A stretch of DNA of 63,126 nucleotides, filler included, from Reclinomonas americana ATCC 50394 (taxonomy: Eukaryota): assembly GCA_048213135.1 (NCBI GenBank). It is 3 parts of 3 records of this genome, joined end to end, with 100 filler letters (N's around TTAATTAATTAA, not from the genome) between each part and the next. Parts side by side here need not be neighbours in the genome. Positions count along the whole stretch, not along the records: positions 1 to 28,915 come from PS015326.1; 2 more parts are not named here. One strand, 5' to 3'. The translations under genes were made by a program, and so were the position numbers. Below are positions 1 to 11,669 of this stretch, piece by piece (position 1 is the first letter of the stretch; every line of letters begins with the position of its first letter). The notes beneath the pieces are model-generated. The model was given only the letters and a program-made list of their open reading frames with translations, was not told the DNA's origin and ran no database searches.

Positions 1-821
1 TGAGTGTGGATGCCTTACTCTGGATTCAGCAGGCCAGTTATTGGTCGTTGCTATGTGGTGAAGAGTGCATGTAGGAACGGAGGGATGCCGCATGGGCAAG
101 CAGCAATGCAGAGAGAGAGAGAGAGGCAGAGGGAGAGATCTAGAGTCGAAGTTGCGAAGTTGCGAAGTTGAGTGCGGATGCAGAACGCTGGCTTCAGCAG
201 GCCACTTTTTGGTCGTTGCCAGGTGAAAGAACAGAGCAAAAGGAACGAATGTACAGTGCGCGAGCAAGCAGCGGCGATGAGAGCGAAGGAGGCAGAGAGA
301 AGTCGATCGCGAATTCGAATGGTTGCGCATGCATTTGAGGGCGCTGCAGGCTGAGGCGCGCACGCCTACCAGTAATGTAGTGCCATGGGAGAGAAACTCA
401 TTACTCGCTCCGCAGGCCAGTGCCTGAGACGAAGAATGCGCCATGCAAACACGTGCAACCTTGACCTCGAGCTCGACGTCGAGCTCAAGTTTGAATATTC
501 TCGACGCCACCTCCCAGTCAGCCTACGAACCCTTGTTGCATCCAGCAGGTTGCTATACACCCTCCTCGCATGTCCTCACCTGACCTGCACACGCCCACAG
601 CTGCAGACCATCCACTGATGCACGACGTCGTCGATACGTCGACGAGACAACTCTCTCAATGACGCGATTCTGACTAATGCAAACCCCTCTCCCAGTCAAG
701 GACAACGCCTCCCACCTGCTCCTCCATCACAGCCGCGCGTGGGGAGCGAAAGAGGAGGCACACAGAGTTTTTCCGAAACTGTCCTGCCAATCTGTTGATC
801 TTTCTTCATTCTGCGAGGAGC

Positions 822-1420
822 ATGTCAAGCTTCACATACACCCGCTTGTATCCCGACGAGGCAGGAGAGACGCACTTTGAGGATGTCACTGTGCCACTGA
901 TCGTTTCGTCACAAACGAGAGAGAGAGAGCGAGAGTGACAGACGCTCTCTCTCTCTCTCACTCATGATGCATGCAACTTGCCATTCTCCCTCTCTCCCTC
1001 TGTCTCTTCTTTTCTCACCATCTCCTTGCCTCGTTTTCTCACTCCCTCCTCGCCTGTGATTGATCGATGTGTTCGGTTTCTCAGAGTGCTGGAGACATTG
1101 GCGCGCTCTCCTCTCTCATGCACGCCACGGGCATCATCTTCCGTGAGACACCCGGCGACTATGACTACGCATGGCATACGGCACCGCGACGCCAGTTCGT
1201 TGTCATGTTGCATGGCTCAGTGCGCGTGGAGGTATTTCGTTTGGAGGCACCCATTCTGTCGATACACTCTCCTCACTCTTGCCAACAGGTGACCACTGGT
1301 GAGGCGCGTGTCTTCAACACGGGCGATGTGCTGCTGCTGGAGGACACCACTGGAAAGGGTCACTTGTCGCAGGCGGTCGACGGACAGCCCCGTAAGTCCA
1401 TGTTTATCACACTGGACTAA
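822..1420 (+). CDS. Small cupin-fold protein, bacterial-like; exons 822-902, 1085-1231, 1289-1420
   Basis: Spliced product MSSFTYTRLYPDEAGETHFEDVTVPLI-SAGDIGALSS...GIIFRETPGDYDYAWHTAPRRQFVVMLHGSVRVE-VTTGEARVFNTGDVLLLEDTTGKGHLSQAVDGQPRKSMFITLD. It carries the cupin motifs WHxAPxRQ and GDxLLxEDTTGKGH; both introns are GT-AG, phase 0. Confidence 0.85.
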
Positions 1421-1522
1421 AGATTGATCAAAAAAACAACGAGAGAACAAATACAACAACGATGGGGAGAGCGCAGCACACAGGAAAAATCTCCTTGCGA
1501 ATGAAAGTAGGAAACGCGACGA

Positions 1523-4500
1523 TTACAGGCGGCCGAGCTCCACTTGGCGGCGGTCGGCGTACGCAATGGCCTTGGAGTAGACGTCGACGTGCGTCTCCGT
1601 GCCCCACACAAAGTCCACTGCAGGCCAAGGGAGAGGGGTGAGGGAGGGGGGCAAAGGGGAAGGGGGAGAAAGGGGGGAAGAAGGAAAAGGAAACAGCAAA
1701 GGAGAAGAAGAGGAGTGGAACAGGCGGCAGCGGGAAAGAAGACTGGGGTGGACAAGAACGGGACAGAGTGGGGAGGGCAATGGCAGGAGGAGGAGGGCGA
1801 AGGAAGGAAGGCAAAAACAACAGAAGGAGGGAGAGAGGAATGGGGAAAACGGGGAAAGACGAGAGGAGAATGGGGAGGGCAACAACAGGAGAAATGGAGA
1901 GGAGAGGGGGAAGAGCAGGATAGAGCGAGAAAAGGTAAGAAATCAACAACGGAAAGAAGAGAGGAGCGAGGAGAAAAGTGACGGAGCGTGGAGGGCCGTG
2001 CCAGGAGGAGGAGGGCGAACGAAGGAAGGCAAAAACAACAGAAGCAGGAGAGAGGAAAGGGGAAACGGGAATAGATGAGAGGAGAGAATGCGGAGGACGA
2101 CGGCAGGAGAGAAAGAGGAGAGGGCACAGCGAGGAACAGCAAGGTTACTGCGAGTGCAATAGGGAGATGGAGGAGGGGGAAGTAGTAGAGGTGATTGAGA
2201 GGAAGACAGAGAACGAAAGAGAGTGGAGAGGTTCNNNNNNNNNNNNNNNNNNNNNNNNNNNNNNNNNNNNNNNNNNNNNNNNNNNNNNNNNNNNNNNNNN
2301 NNNNNNNNNNNNNNNNNNNNNNNNNNNNNNNNNNNNNNNNNNNNNNNNNNNNNNNNNNNNNNNNNNNNNNNNNNNNNNNNNNNNNNNNNNNNNNNNNNNN
2401 NNNNNNNNNNNNNNNNNNNNNNNNNNNNNNNNNNNNNNNNNNNNNNNNNNNNNNNNNNNNNNNNNNNNNNNNNNNNNNNNNNNNNNNNNNNNNNNNNNNN
2501 NNNNNNNNNNNNNNNNNNNNNNNNNNNNNNNNNNNNNNNNNNNNNNNNNNNNNNNNNNNNNNNNNNNNNNNNNNNNNNNNNNNNNNNNNNNNNNNNNNNN
2601 NNNNNNNNNNNNNNNNNNNNNNNNNNNNNNNNNNNNNNNNNNNNNNNNNNNNNNNNNNNNNNNNNNNNNNNNNNNNNNNNNNNNNNNNNNNNNNNNNNNN
2701 NNNNNNNNNNNNNNNNNNNNNNNNNNNNNNNNNNNNNNNNNNNNNNNNNNNNNNNNNNNNNNNNNNNNNNNNNNNNNNNNNNNNNNNNNNNNNNNNNNNN
2801 NNNNNNNNNNNNNNNNNNNNNNNNNNNNNNNNNNNNNNNNNNNNNNNNNNNNNNNNNNNNNNNNNNNNNNNNNNNNNNNNNNNNNNNNNNNNNNNNNNNN
2901 NNNNNNNNNNNNNNNNNNNNNNNNNNNNNNNNNNNNNNNNNNNNNNNNNNNNNNNNNNNNNNNNNNNNNNNNNNNNNNNNNNNNNNNNNNNNNNNNNNNN
3001 NNNNNNNNNNNNNNNNNNNNNNNNNNNNNNNNNNNNNNNNNNNNNNNNNNNNNNNNNNNNNNNNNNNNNNNNNNNNNNNNNNNNNNNNNNNNNNNNGCCC
3101 TATTATCACCGCCGCGCACCACCCATGGTATCCTTGCCGCCGTAAAAGAGCATCGTCTTGACCTTCATGTCCGACAGCTTGTACTCGCGCGGTGTCGGTG
3201 TGCCGTAGTGCTGCATGTTCTCCGCCGCCGAGCCGTAGTCGTAGGCCTGCCATTTGTTTGCGCGGATCTAAAGAAAGAGAGAAAGGAGTGGGTAAAGTTA
3301 AAGGCAGAAGGGCTGGAGACAGGGGGACGCAACGCTCTGCACCCAATGGACCATGTTCTGCACCGACGTGCCAGCCGGAGCGCTGTGAACAAGAAAGTAA
3401 GAAGGTGTTAGAGCTCCAAAAGGCTTGTGAGCCACCGCAACTGTGCCGTGTACACCTGCGAGATGCAGCGTGTCGGAGATAAGTCGTACCATCACAATCG
3501 AGGGCTGGGAACTGACGCAACATCAAAACGGGTGCGATTCAGATACGTCCAGTCGCAGCCGCAGAGGAAGCAAATCACATCCTGGGCACGAAGGTGGTTG
3601 GCCCTTGGAGGTGATGAGAAAAGACATCTGGATGAGGTCTCGCACCTCGCACAACGACGGCTCCAGCTCGCAGATTTCGGGGAAGAGGCGACGAATGACT
3701 GCCGCAACGTGTCAACGACAAGCACACGCGTCTCCTCGCATGCAGCGCACACACGCAACGCTGAGTGCTGGGGAAAAAGCGACCGTGTCCGAACAGCTTG
3801 TAGAGATCGAACGGGGGTGTGCGAGCCAGCAGCTTCAGAAGGAGACCCTCTGTGGAGGATTGAGTGGGAGAAGAAGGGAAGACACGCTGCACATTCTTGG
3901 CGCACTCACCGACATGGCTGGTTGGAGGAAAGGGCGCAGCGGCAGAATGAATGAGGCGCATACAAATACACAAAGGCGTGAGCATACACAAAGACATGGA
4001 CAGATGCACATACATAGACGCGGAAACGCACAACAGACACATACAGACACAGAAACGAAGATGGCAGATCCAAGACCCGTATACAAGAGCGAGAGGAGAC
4101 GCACACGCACAAACACATGCACACACAGACGGATGCGGGCAGATGCATACACACACACACACAGACAGATAGGAGAGAGAGATAGAGACGCAAATGCACG
4201 TACGCATGCACGCACATATAAGCAAGGGCGTACACACAATGAAACGGGCAACGCGCACACATACAGCCGCAAACGCACGCACACATGCAAAAAAATGCAC
4301 ACATATACACATACAAGAACGAGAAAAGGAGACGCACACGCAAAGAGACATGCGCACAGACGGATGCGGGTAGAAGCAGACACACGGACACGAATACACA
4401 CACGGACACACACGGACACGCACATCTGTAAGCAATACTACGATGCCCTTTCTCCATCCCCGTCATCTCACACTCACCCCGTGAATGCAACGGGAGCCAG

Positions 4501-6050
4501 GGCGACAAACAGATCGACCTTGGCGGCCAGATCAGGCAGCATGGAGAAACCGATGAACGCCTGCGTGGTGCCCTCGGAGTGACCGCTATGCGCGTAGAGT
4601 GAGCGCCTTCTTAGTGAAAGCGCATTACCAACAAAATACGCACCTGTACATGGCCAGCGTGCGCTCGCCCGACACTTGCAGGGCGTAGTTGATCATGGTG
4701 GGCAGGTCGATGAGACCCATTTCTGCAACACTGGCCTTGAGAGGAGACAGAGGAGGAGAACGAGGAGGAGAATACACCAACCGTCGAATGAGAAATCCCA
4801 CTTGTCGCACGGCGAGTACGTGGAGCCGCGATTGTTGCCGAGCCACACTTCGTAGCCGGCGTCCGCTGCGTAGAAGGGTGAGGGTGAGCGGTGTTCGGCA
4901 AAACAGACACAGAGAGACACACACCCAGGTTGTAGGCGAATGATTCCTCCGGTGAGTTCATCACCCATGTGGCCGACGAGTCGAGCAGGCCGTGCTGCAA
5001 GAAGGCCACTCCTGGGGGAGGGGGGAGGGAAAGGAAGTGGTGGGGAAGGGGAGGAGGGTGAGGAGAGGGGAGGAGAGGGGGAGGAGAGGGGAGGAGAGGG
5101 GAGGAGAGGGAAGGAGAGGGGAGGAGAGGGGAGGAGAGGGGAGGAGAGGGGAGGAGAGGGGGAAGAGAAGGGGGAGGAGATGAAGGAAGAGAGGGGGGAA
5201 CAGGGGAAAGGAGGGGGAGGAGAGGGGAAGGAGAGGGGAAGGAGAGGGGAAGGAGAGGGGAAGGAGAGGGGAAGGAGAGGGGAAGGAGAAGGAGAGGGGA
5301 GGGGAGGAGAGGGAGGAAGGAAACGTCGGCACGCGCAAAGGCAGGAAAGGGAGACGAGAAGCATCGAATGTACGAGAGTGAATGGGGAGGCACGGACAGA
5401 CGAAGCGATGGGAGATGCGAATTCATCGGTCTTCCAGGAATGCAAAGAAGTCTGAACTGGGAGAACCAAGTACAACGGGAGAAGTAGGGGAGAGGGAGTG
5501 CAGGGGAATGCGTGGGGAAATGAAGCGGAGGAGAGACGAGCAAAAGGTGGGNNNNNNNNNNNNNNNNNNNNNNNNNNNNNNNNNNNNNNNNNNNNNNNNN
5601 NNNNNNNNNNNNNNNNNNNNNNNNNNNNNNNNNNNNNNNNNNNNNNNNNNNNNNNNNNNNNNNNNNNNNATAGATCCATTGAAGGAGGCGCACGGAGAAC
5701 TGAAGCACGAGGGGGAGACTTCAACCCCAAACAGCAAGGATGAGCACAGCGAATGGTGAGAGGGAAGGGTGAGCGAAAGGAGAGAAAGAGGCCACAGAGA
5801 GAATGGAGAAGAAAGGAGACAGAGAGGACCACGACGCACCCTTTCGCGGATTGAAAGGCCCAGTGCGAGTGCCCGTGATGCGAGTCAGTGTGAGCGTGAA
5901 GCCGTCGGGAGTCTGCACGCGATGCTCCTCCACTGGGTATCCCTGGAAGTGAACTGCAAAGAAGGACATGAGTGAGCACAGACACAGAGAATTGGAGAGA
6001 AGAGAAGAAGGACGAGAGAGACTCACCGATTTGCGTCGTGTTCATGGCGA
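1523..6050 (-). CDS. Acid triacylglycerol lipase (lysosomal/gastric lipase family, alpha/beta hydrolase); multi-exon, 5' end and one internal part lost in gaps
   Basis: Exons encode, in the correct order, MNTTQI-VHFQGYPVEEHRVQTPDGFTL, FLQHGLLDSSATWVMN, ADAGYEVWLGNNRG, WDFSFDEMGLIDLP, nucleophile GHSEG (~4573-4587), LFVALAPVAF, VYTAHAPAGTSVQNMVHW, QAYDYGS..NMQHYG, GGKD and VDFVWG. Confidence 0.93.
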
Positions 6051-6152
6051 CTGCGGAGAGGGGAAGAGGTGAGGGAGAGAGAGAGTGAGAAAGAAACACT
6101 CATATACAATCAGTGTCTCTGCGGCTCTCCTCTCACACTGCCAAGTGCCTGC

Positions 6153-6193
<41 letters not shown>

Positions 6194-6327
6194 TATGTAT
6201 GTGTGTGTGTGTCAATGTATGCACAACAATCACTCATCCTCTTTCCTCTCCTCTCACATTGCCTCTCTCCTGCACACACTCTCCTCTCTGTCTACCTCTC
6301 TCTCTCACTCACTCACTCACTCATTCA

Positions 6328-6365
<38 letters not shown>

Positions 6366-7018
6366 CTACTCTCTACGTACGTCGTCCGTACCGTCCTCCG
6401 TACCGTACCGTACCGTCCGTACCGTACCTACCGTACCGTAAACCCGTAACCGTAACCCGTACCCGTACCCGTACCGTACCGGTTCNNNNNNNNNNNNNNN
6501 NNNNNNNNNNNNNNNNNNNNNNNNNNNNNNNNNNNNNNNNNNNNNNNNNNNNNNNNNNNNNNNNNNNNNNNNNNNNNNNNNNNNNNNNNNNNNNNNNNNN
6601 NNNNNNNNNNNNNNNNNNNNNNNNNNNNNNNNNNNNNNNNNNNNNNNNNNNNNNNNNNNNNNNNNNNNNNNNNNNNNNNNNNNNNNNNNNNNNNNNNNNN
6701 NNNNNNNNNNNNNNNNNNNNNNNNNNNNNNNNNNNNNNNNNNNNNNNNNNNNNNNNNNNNNNNNNNNNNNNNNNNNNNNNNNNNNNNNNNNNNNNNNNNN
6801 NNNNNNNNNNNNNNNNNNNNNNNNNNNNNNNNNNNNNNNNNNNNNNNNNNNNNNNNNNNNNNNNNNNNNNNNNNNNNNNNNNNNNNNNNNNNNNNNNNNN
6901 NNNNNNNNNNNNNNNNNNNNNNNNNNNNNNNNNNNNNNNNNNNNNNNNNNNNNNNNNNNNNNNNNNNNNNNNNNNNNNNNNNNNNNNNNNNNNNNNNNNN
7001 NNNNNGAGTAGAGAGTAG

Positions 7019-7074
<56 letters not shown>

Positions 7075-7101
7075 AGAGTAGTAGAGAGAAGAGAGAGAGT
7101 A

Positions 7102-7147
<46 letters not shown>

Positions 7148-7528
7148 GTGTGTGTGTATGCGGGAGAGAGTGAGCGAGAATGCAGAGAGATCTTGTCAAG
7201 AGTAAGATTGAGAACTGGGAAAATCCTCTTTGAAGAGTGCGTGTCTCTCTCTCTCCTCTCTCTCTCACTCTTTGTCTCCTGTCTTGCCTGGATCTCTCTG
7301 CATTCTCGTTCTTCATCCACTCACACACGCACGCACAGAGAGAGACACACATCGACACAGGAAGCCATGCATCCACTCACTCCTTGTCTCCTCCATCACT
7401 CCCTTTCCCTACCTTGCCCTCCTCCCTCGCTTCTCCCTTCCTTCCCTCCCTTTCCCTTCTCCTTCCCTCCCTTTCTCTTCTTCTCCCTTCCCCTTCTCCC
7501 TCCTACAGCCCTCCGCGTCTCGCACGTT

Positions 7529-10500
7529 ATGCAATCGATGACTGTGGATCAACAAGACTCCTCCTCGCCATCGCTGGTGTCGACCGCCGTGCATCGAGCT
7601 CTGCAAGTGCGCGTGGTGGTCGATGAGCTGACGCGACTCGGGTTCTCCCGCAAGCAGAGTGGGAGGGAGTTGGCGGCGATTGTTGCGTTTCACGGACAAG
7701 AGAGAGCCACAAGGCATCCTCTCTCTGAATGAGTGATGAGAGAGGAGAAGAGTGAGCTGCTTAAAGCAGCCCTTCTTTCTTCACTTCTTGCTTCTCTCTC
7801 TTTGCTCTTCGCTCTCTTCAATCTCCGTAACAGCTTTGCAAGAGATAGAGATGTTATGCAGGTTGAGATGGGGGGAAAGAGAGGGAGTACGGCAGAGCAG
7901 AAGTTCGCCTGGACTGTGGGCGGGCAGTCGCTCACCACTCTGCGGTTAGAAAGAAGCTCCTCTGTCTCCAGAGCCCTCCTCTCGAATCCCAGTCTCCTCT
8001 CCTTTGCCTTCTCTTCCTCCCTTAGGTGGTCGCTCACCACTCTGCGGTTAGTAAGAAGCTCCTCTGTCTTCAGAGCCCTCCTCTCGCTTCCCACTCTCCT
8101 CTCCTTTGCCTTCCTCACCTCCCCCATTCTCTTCTCCTCCTCCCGTGGGTAGTCGCTCACCACTCTGCAGTCAGTGAGAAGCTCCTCTGTCTTCAGAGCT
8201 CACCTCTCGCTTCCCACTCTCCTCTCCTCTCGCTTCCCACTCTCCTCCTCATTCTCTTCTCCTCCTCCCTTGGGTGATCTGCAGTCAGTAAGAAGCTCCT
8301 CTGTCTCCAGAGCCCTCCTCTCGAATCCCAGTCTGCTCCCCTTAGCCTTCCTCACCTCCCCCATTCTCTCCTCTTCCTCCCTTGGTGATCTGCAGTCAGT
8401 GAGAAGCTCGTCTGTCTCCAGAGCCCTCCTCTCGCTTCCCACTCACCTCCCCCATTCTCATATCCCTCACTACCCGTGCGACACAGCCGGAGAAGGAGTT
8501 GACGGAGGTGCAAGTGGAGACGGCGAGGTTGCAGGAGCAATGGAGGAGAGGTACTCTAACAACAGGATTGAGTTACTGCCACCGCTGTTGCCTGATCTCC
8601 CTTCCCCTCTCGTCGCAGAGCGCGAAGACTCAGCCCTGGAGCAACTCTTCACCCTCACCAACACGCAGTCACGCTCGCCATCTCAGCTGAGCCCGGTCAC
8701 CGCTGTGGCCTCGCACGACAACCCACTCCTCATCGACAGCGTCGGCAGCAGTGACATGACATCACGTACTTCCGCCAAGGCCGCCGACTCGAGCATCTCA
8801 CATCACGCCTTTCAGAACCAGCTGGCGCTCCTGCGGCAGACACTCTCATCCAGCAGCAGCAGCAGCAGCAGCCGACCAGCGTCGGCTGCCTCTTCGTCTT
8901 CATTTCGACAGCAACATCTGAGACCACCAAGCAGTGTGGGGAGCGACGGCGTGCCGCTGTCGCCGCAGAATGCGCATGTGTGGGACGGTGTGCAAGTGGA
9001 ACTGGAGCCCGACACGCAGGAACTCGGTCAGCGATTAATGAAGGTGCTGAAGGCAGTGCGCAAGCTGGTCGACGCGGCCAATGCCTCGGTGACCTCGTCG
9101 GCGGCCGGTGGCGGTGGTCGACCGGCCTCGGCTGTGAGTGGGCGGCCATCGACGCCAGCGAATCCGCTCGCGGGGACGGCGGCGAGCGATGAGGGCGGTG
9201 GTGATGCCAGTGCTGTTCCCGGCGCTGTGGTTATTAGTGGTTGCGTGAGGGGGAATAGATCTTTCCTTTCCTGCCCGCATCTCTGCCTTGCCCATTTGTC
9301 GTCTCCTCTCCTCCCCTCCAATGCCCACTCCCCTTCCTTTCCCCATCCCCTTCCCCTTCCACCCTCGCGCAGAGTTCATCTCCCAAGCGCGCGCCGAATT
9401 CCACACCCTGCTCGCCCGCTGCACACTGGCCGTCTCTCGTCGCCTCCCTGCCACCGCCACGCACACCAGCGCCTCGCTCGTGCGCCTACTCTCCGCCTTT
9501 CCCTCGGCCGCCGCCCTCTACGGCGTGTCCACTCTCCGCCTGAAATACACGGTGCTGAAACTGCAAAGGTGGTGGCGTCGCACGCGCTTTCGTCGACGAC
9601 TGGTGGCGCAGGCGGCGCGGCGGCGACGCGAGCGACTGACGGCCTCGCGCGAGGCTGTTCGTCGCCGGGCGCGGTGGGTGGCGCAGCAGCAGCAGCAGCA
9701 TCACCTCCGGAGCCCGGCAGAGTGGAATGCATGTGTGCGCATACAGGCGTGGTGGCGCGGGTGCGTGTGTCGCGCGCAGCAGTGGCTGCCGCGACTCCGG
9801 CAGTGGCATCGACAGGTGCTGCTGGTGCAGAGCGTGTGGCGCCGAGCGCTGGTACGGCGACATCGTTGGTGGTTTGTGGTGGCGCGTGCTCGGTTGTGGC
9901 GGCGTGCGCGCTTGCGGGCGGCGTGGCGCGACCGTGCCGGATTCGTGCAGCACATGCGTCCGGCGAACCGCCAGCTCATGACCACGTCGGTGGCGGTGAT
10001 GCGCGAGAGGGAGCACTGCGCGGCGGAGTTGGAGAGGGAGAAGGTGGATTTCGAGCGGACGTTCCGGCGGTGGTCCAAGGCCACCAAGCAGCGCATTTTC
10101 AGTGCGCCGTTGGATCCCGAGTGGGTGAGTGGGGGAGATGTTTGGGAGAGAGAGAAGTGAGCGGTGACTGACACACAAGGGCGGCAGATCCCGAGCGTGA
10201 ATCGCCGCACGGGTCAGCGGACGTTCTTCAATGTGCGCACGGGCAAGACGCAGGATGATCATCCTTGTTGCGTGGCGTGGCGGTGTGAGGAGGTGGAGGG
10301 GAATGGGCATTGCCTTGCGCTGATAGAGTGTGGCGACACAGTGGTGGAGTTTGTGTGCATGACGCTGACGGTGGCGAGACGGAAAGCCGAGAAGACGCTG
10401 GCCACGCGGCTGGCGCTGATTGAGGAGCACTTGGTGGAGGTCAACAGGAGGTGGGAGGTGTATGCGCCGCAGGTGAGGGGAAATGGGGGAAGGGAGAAGA

Positions 10501-10583
10501 AAGGAAAGGGCGGTGATGCTTACTGAGGTGTGGTGGCGCAGTTGATGCAGCAGCTGGATGAGGTGGTGAGGAGATATCATTGA
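7529..10583 (+). CDS. IQ-motif and WW-like domain protein; 5' exon structure uncertain; alternative last exon ends at 10761
   Basis: Exons ~8619-9239, 9373-10123, 10188-10266, 10341-10472 and 10542-10583 join in frame. IQ-like motifs LQRWWR, IQAWWRG, VQSVWRR; WW-like PLDPEWIPSVNRRTGQRTFFNVRTGKTQDDHP. Confidence 0.7.
7925..8455 (+). repeat. Degenerate intronic minisatellite, ~5 units of ~105-125 bp
   Basis: Recurring core agaagctcctctgtct(c/t)cagagccctcctctcg at ~7952, 8054, 8177, 8291, 8402. Confidence 0.85.
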
Positions 10584-11669
10584 ATATTCGCAAGGGAAGA
10601 ATGATGAGGGAGTGTGGGGGAAGGGAGACGGGAGAAGGAAGGAAAGGGGCGGTGATGCTTCCTGAGGTGTGGCTATGTAGTTGATGAAGCAGATGGATGA
10701 TATAGTCGAAGGAGAGGAATGGTGGAGAGAGACGAGGGTCAAGCTTGTGCAGCTGTGTTGAAGTCTGGATCAGAGCCGTTGTTTGCTCTTGGAGTGGCAG
10801 TTGTTGCATTGGCACTGGAAGCATGATACCAAGGAGATCGGGGCCCAGGGAAGTCAAGGTTTGCAAGGCACAGCTGGAGTGAATGCATTGCGCGGTGAGC
10901 GCAGGAGACGAACGGAGTTCTGCCAGTTGTCCATGGTCATGGATGCAAGAGTCACGGACTCGAGCCTGGAGTGGCATGAATGATATCACGGACAACAAGT
11001 CAGAGGGAGGTCAACGTTTGGCAGGCACTGATGCAGCTCACAACCTAACGAGCACCCGAATCGCGAAGTCCTGCCGAGGATCAAGGGTCGTGGATGCAGC
11101 TGTCAAGGGCCGGAACTGCCACTGTATGTATAATGTCAAGAAGAACAGGGCGCAAGGAGGTCAACAGGTTTGGCCAGACTTTGCTGGAATGCAGTTTTGC
11201 AGGTTGCAATGGAGGGCACTTAAGGGTTATGGGAGCCTGGATTGCAGTGCTTGATATCATGGCCAGGCGAACCGGACGGCACTACGCAAGGCCAAGGAAT
11301 TCGAAAGCCAAGTGCTGCAACCTGCCATGTTGCAGGAGGCATCTTTGCAGAATTCGGCCATACGCATGGATGCATGCATAGCAGTCAAGGGCCGAGATGC
11401 CACTGCATAAGGCCAACGGTGTCGCCAACTGCAGTGCAACCTGCCAACCTAGGCCTGCCACGAACACTCGGGACGTACCTGCAGAAGTTCACAGTCATGG
11501 TTGCAGCAGTACAAGTCAAGGGTCGAGACTACCGCTGGCCGTTTGATGTCAAGGAGAGGAAGACACAAAGCTCTAGAGCTTCCAACGTTGACTGAGCGCA
11601 ACCTCACTTCGACTTGTTCGTCCTGCACGAGAAGCGCCAGGCGACTGTCGCAGTCATTCACATTTCTCC

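Noticed and set aside
6372..6485. TACCG/TAACCCG-like repeats resembling a telomere or satellite (similar tracts at 14775-14820, 21709-21751, 45535-45630, 60425-60490)
   Set aside because: They occur only at contig ends next to gaps and follow a TACG cycle, typical of low-quality pyrosequencing read tails.
1417..7376. Long ORFs in the track spanning N gaps or low-complexity GA/CT/CA tracts (also 13605-15020, 19412-22127, 60563-62258)
   Set aside because: They are artefacts of Ns and stop-poor microsatellites, with no coding signal.
7925..8455. CRISPR-like repeat-spacer array
   Set aside because: Whole units are homologous and degenerate, with no unique spacers and no cas genes, and the block is intronic in a eukaryote.
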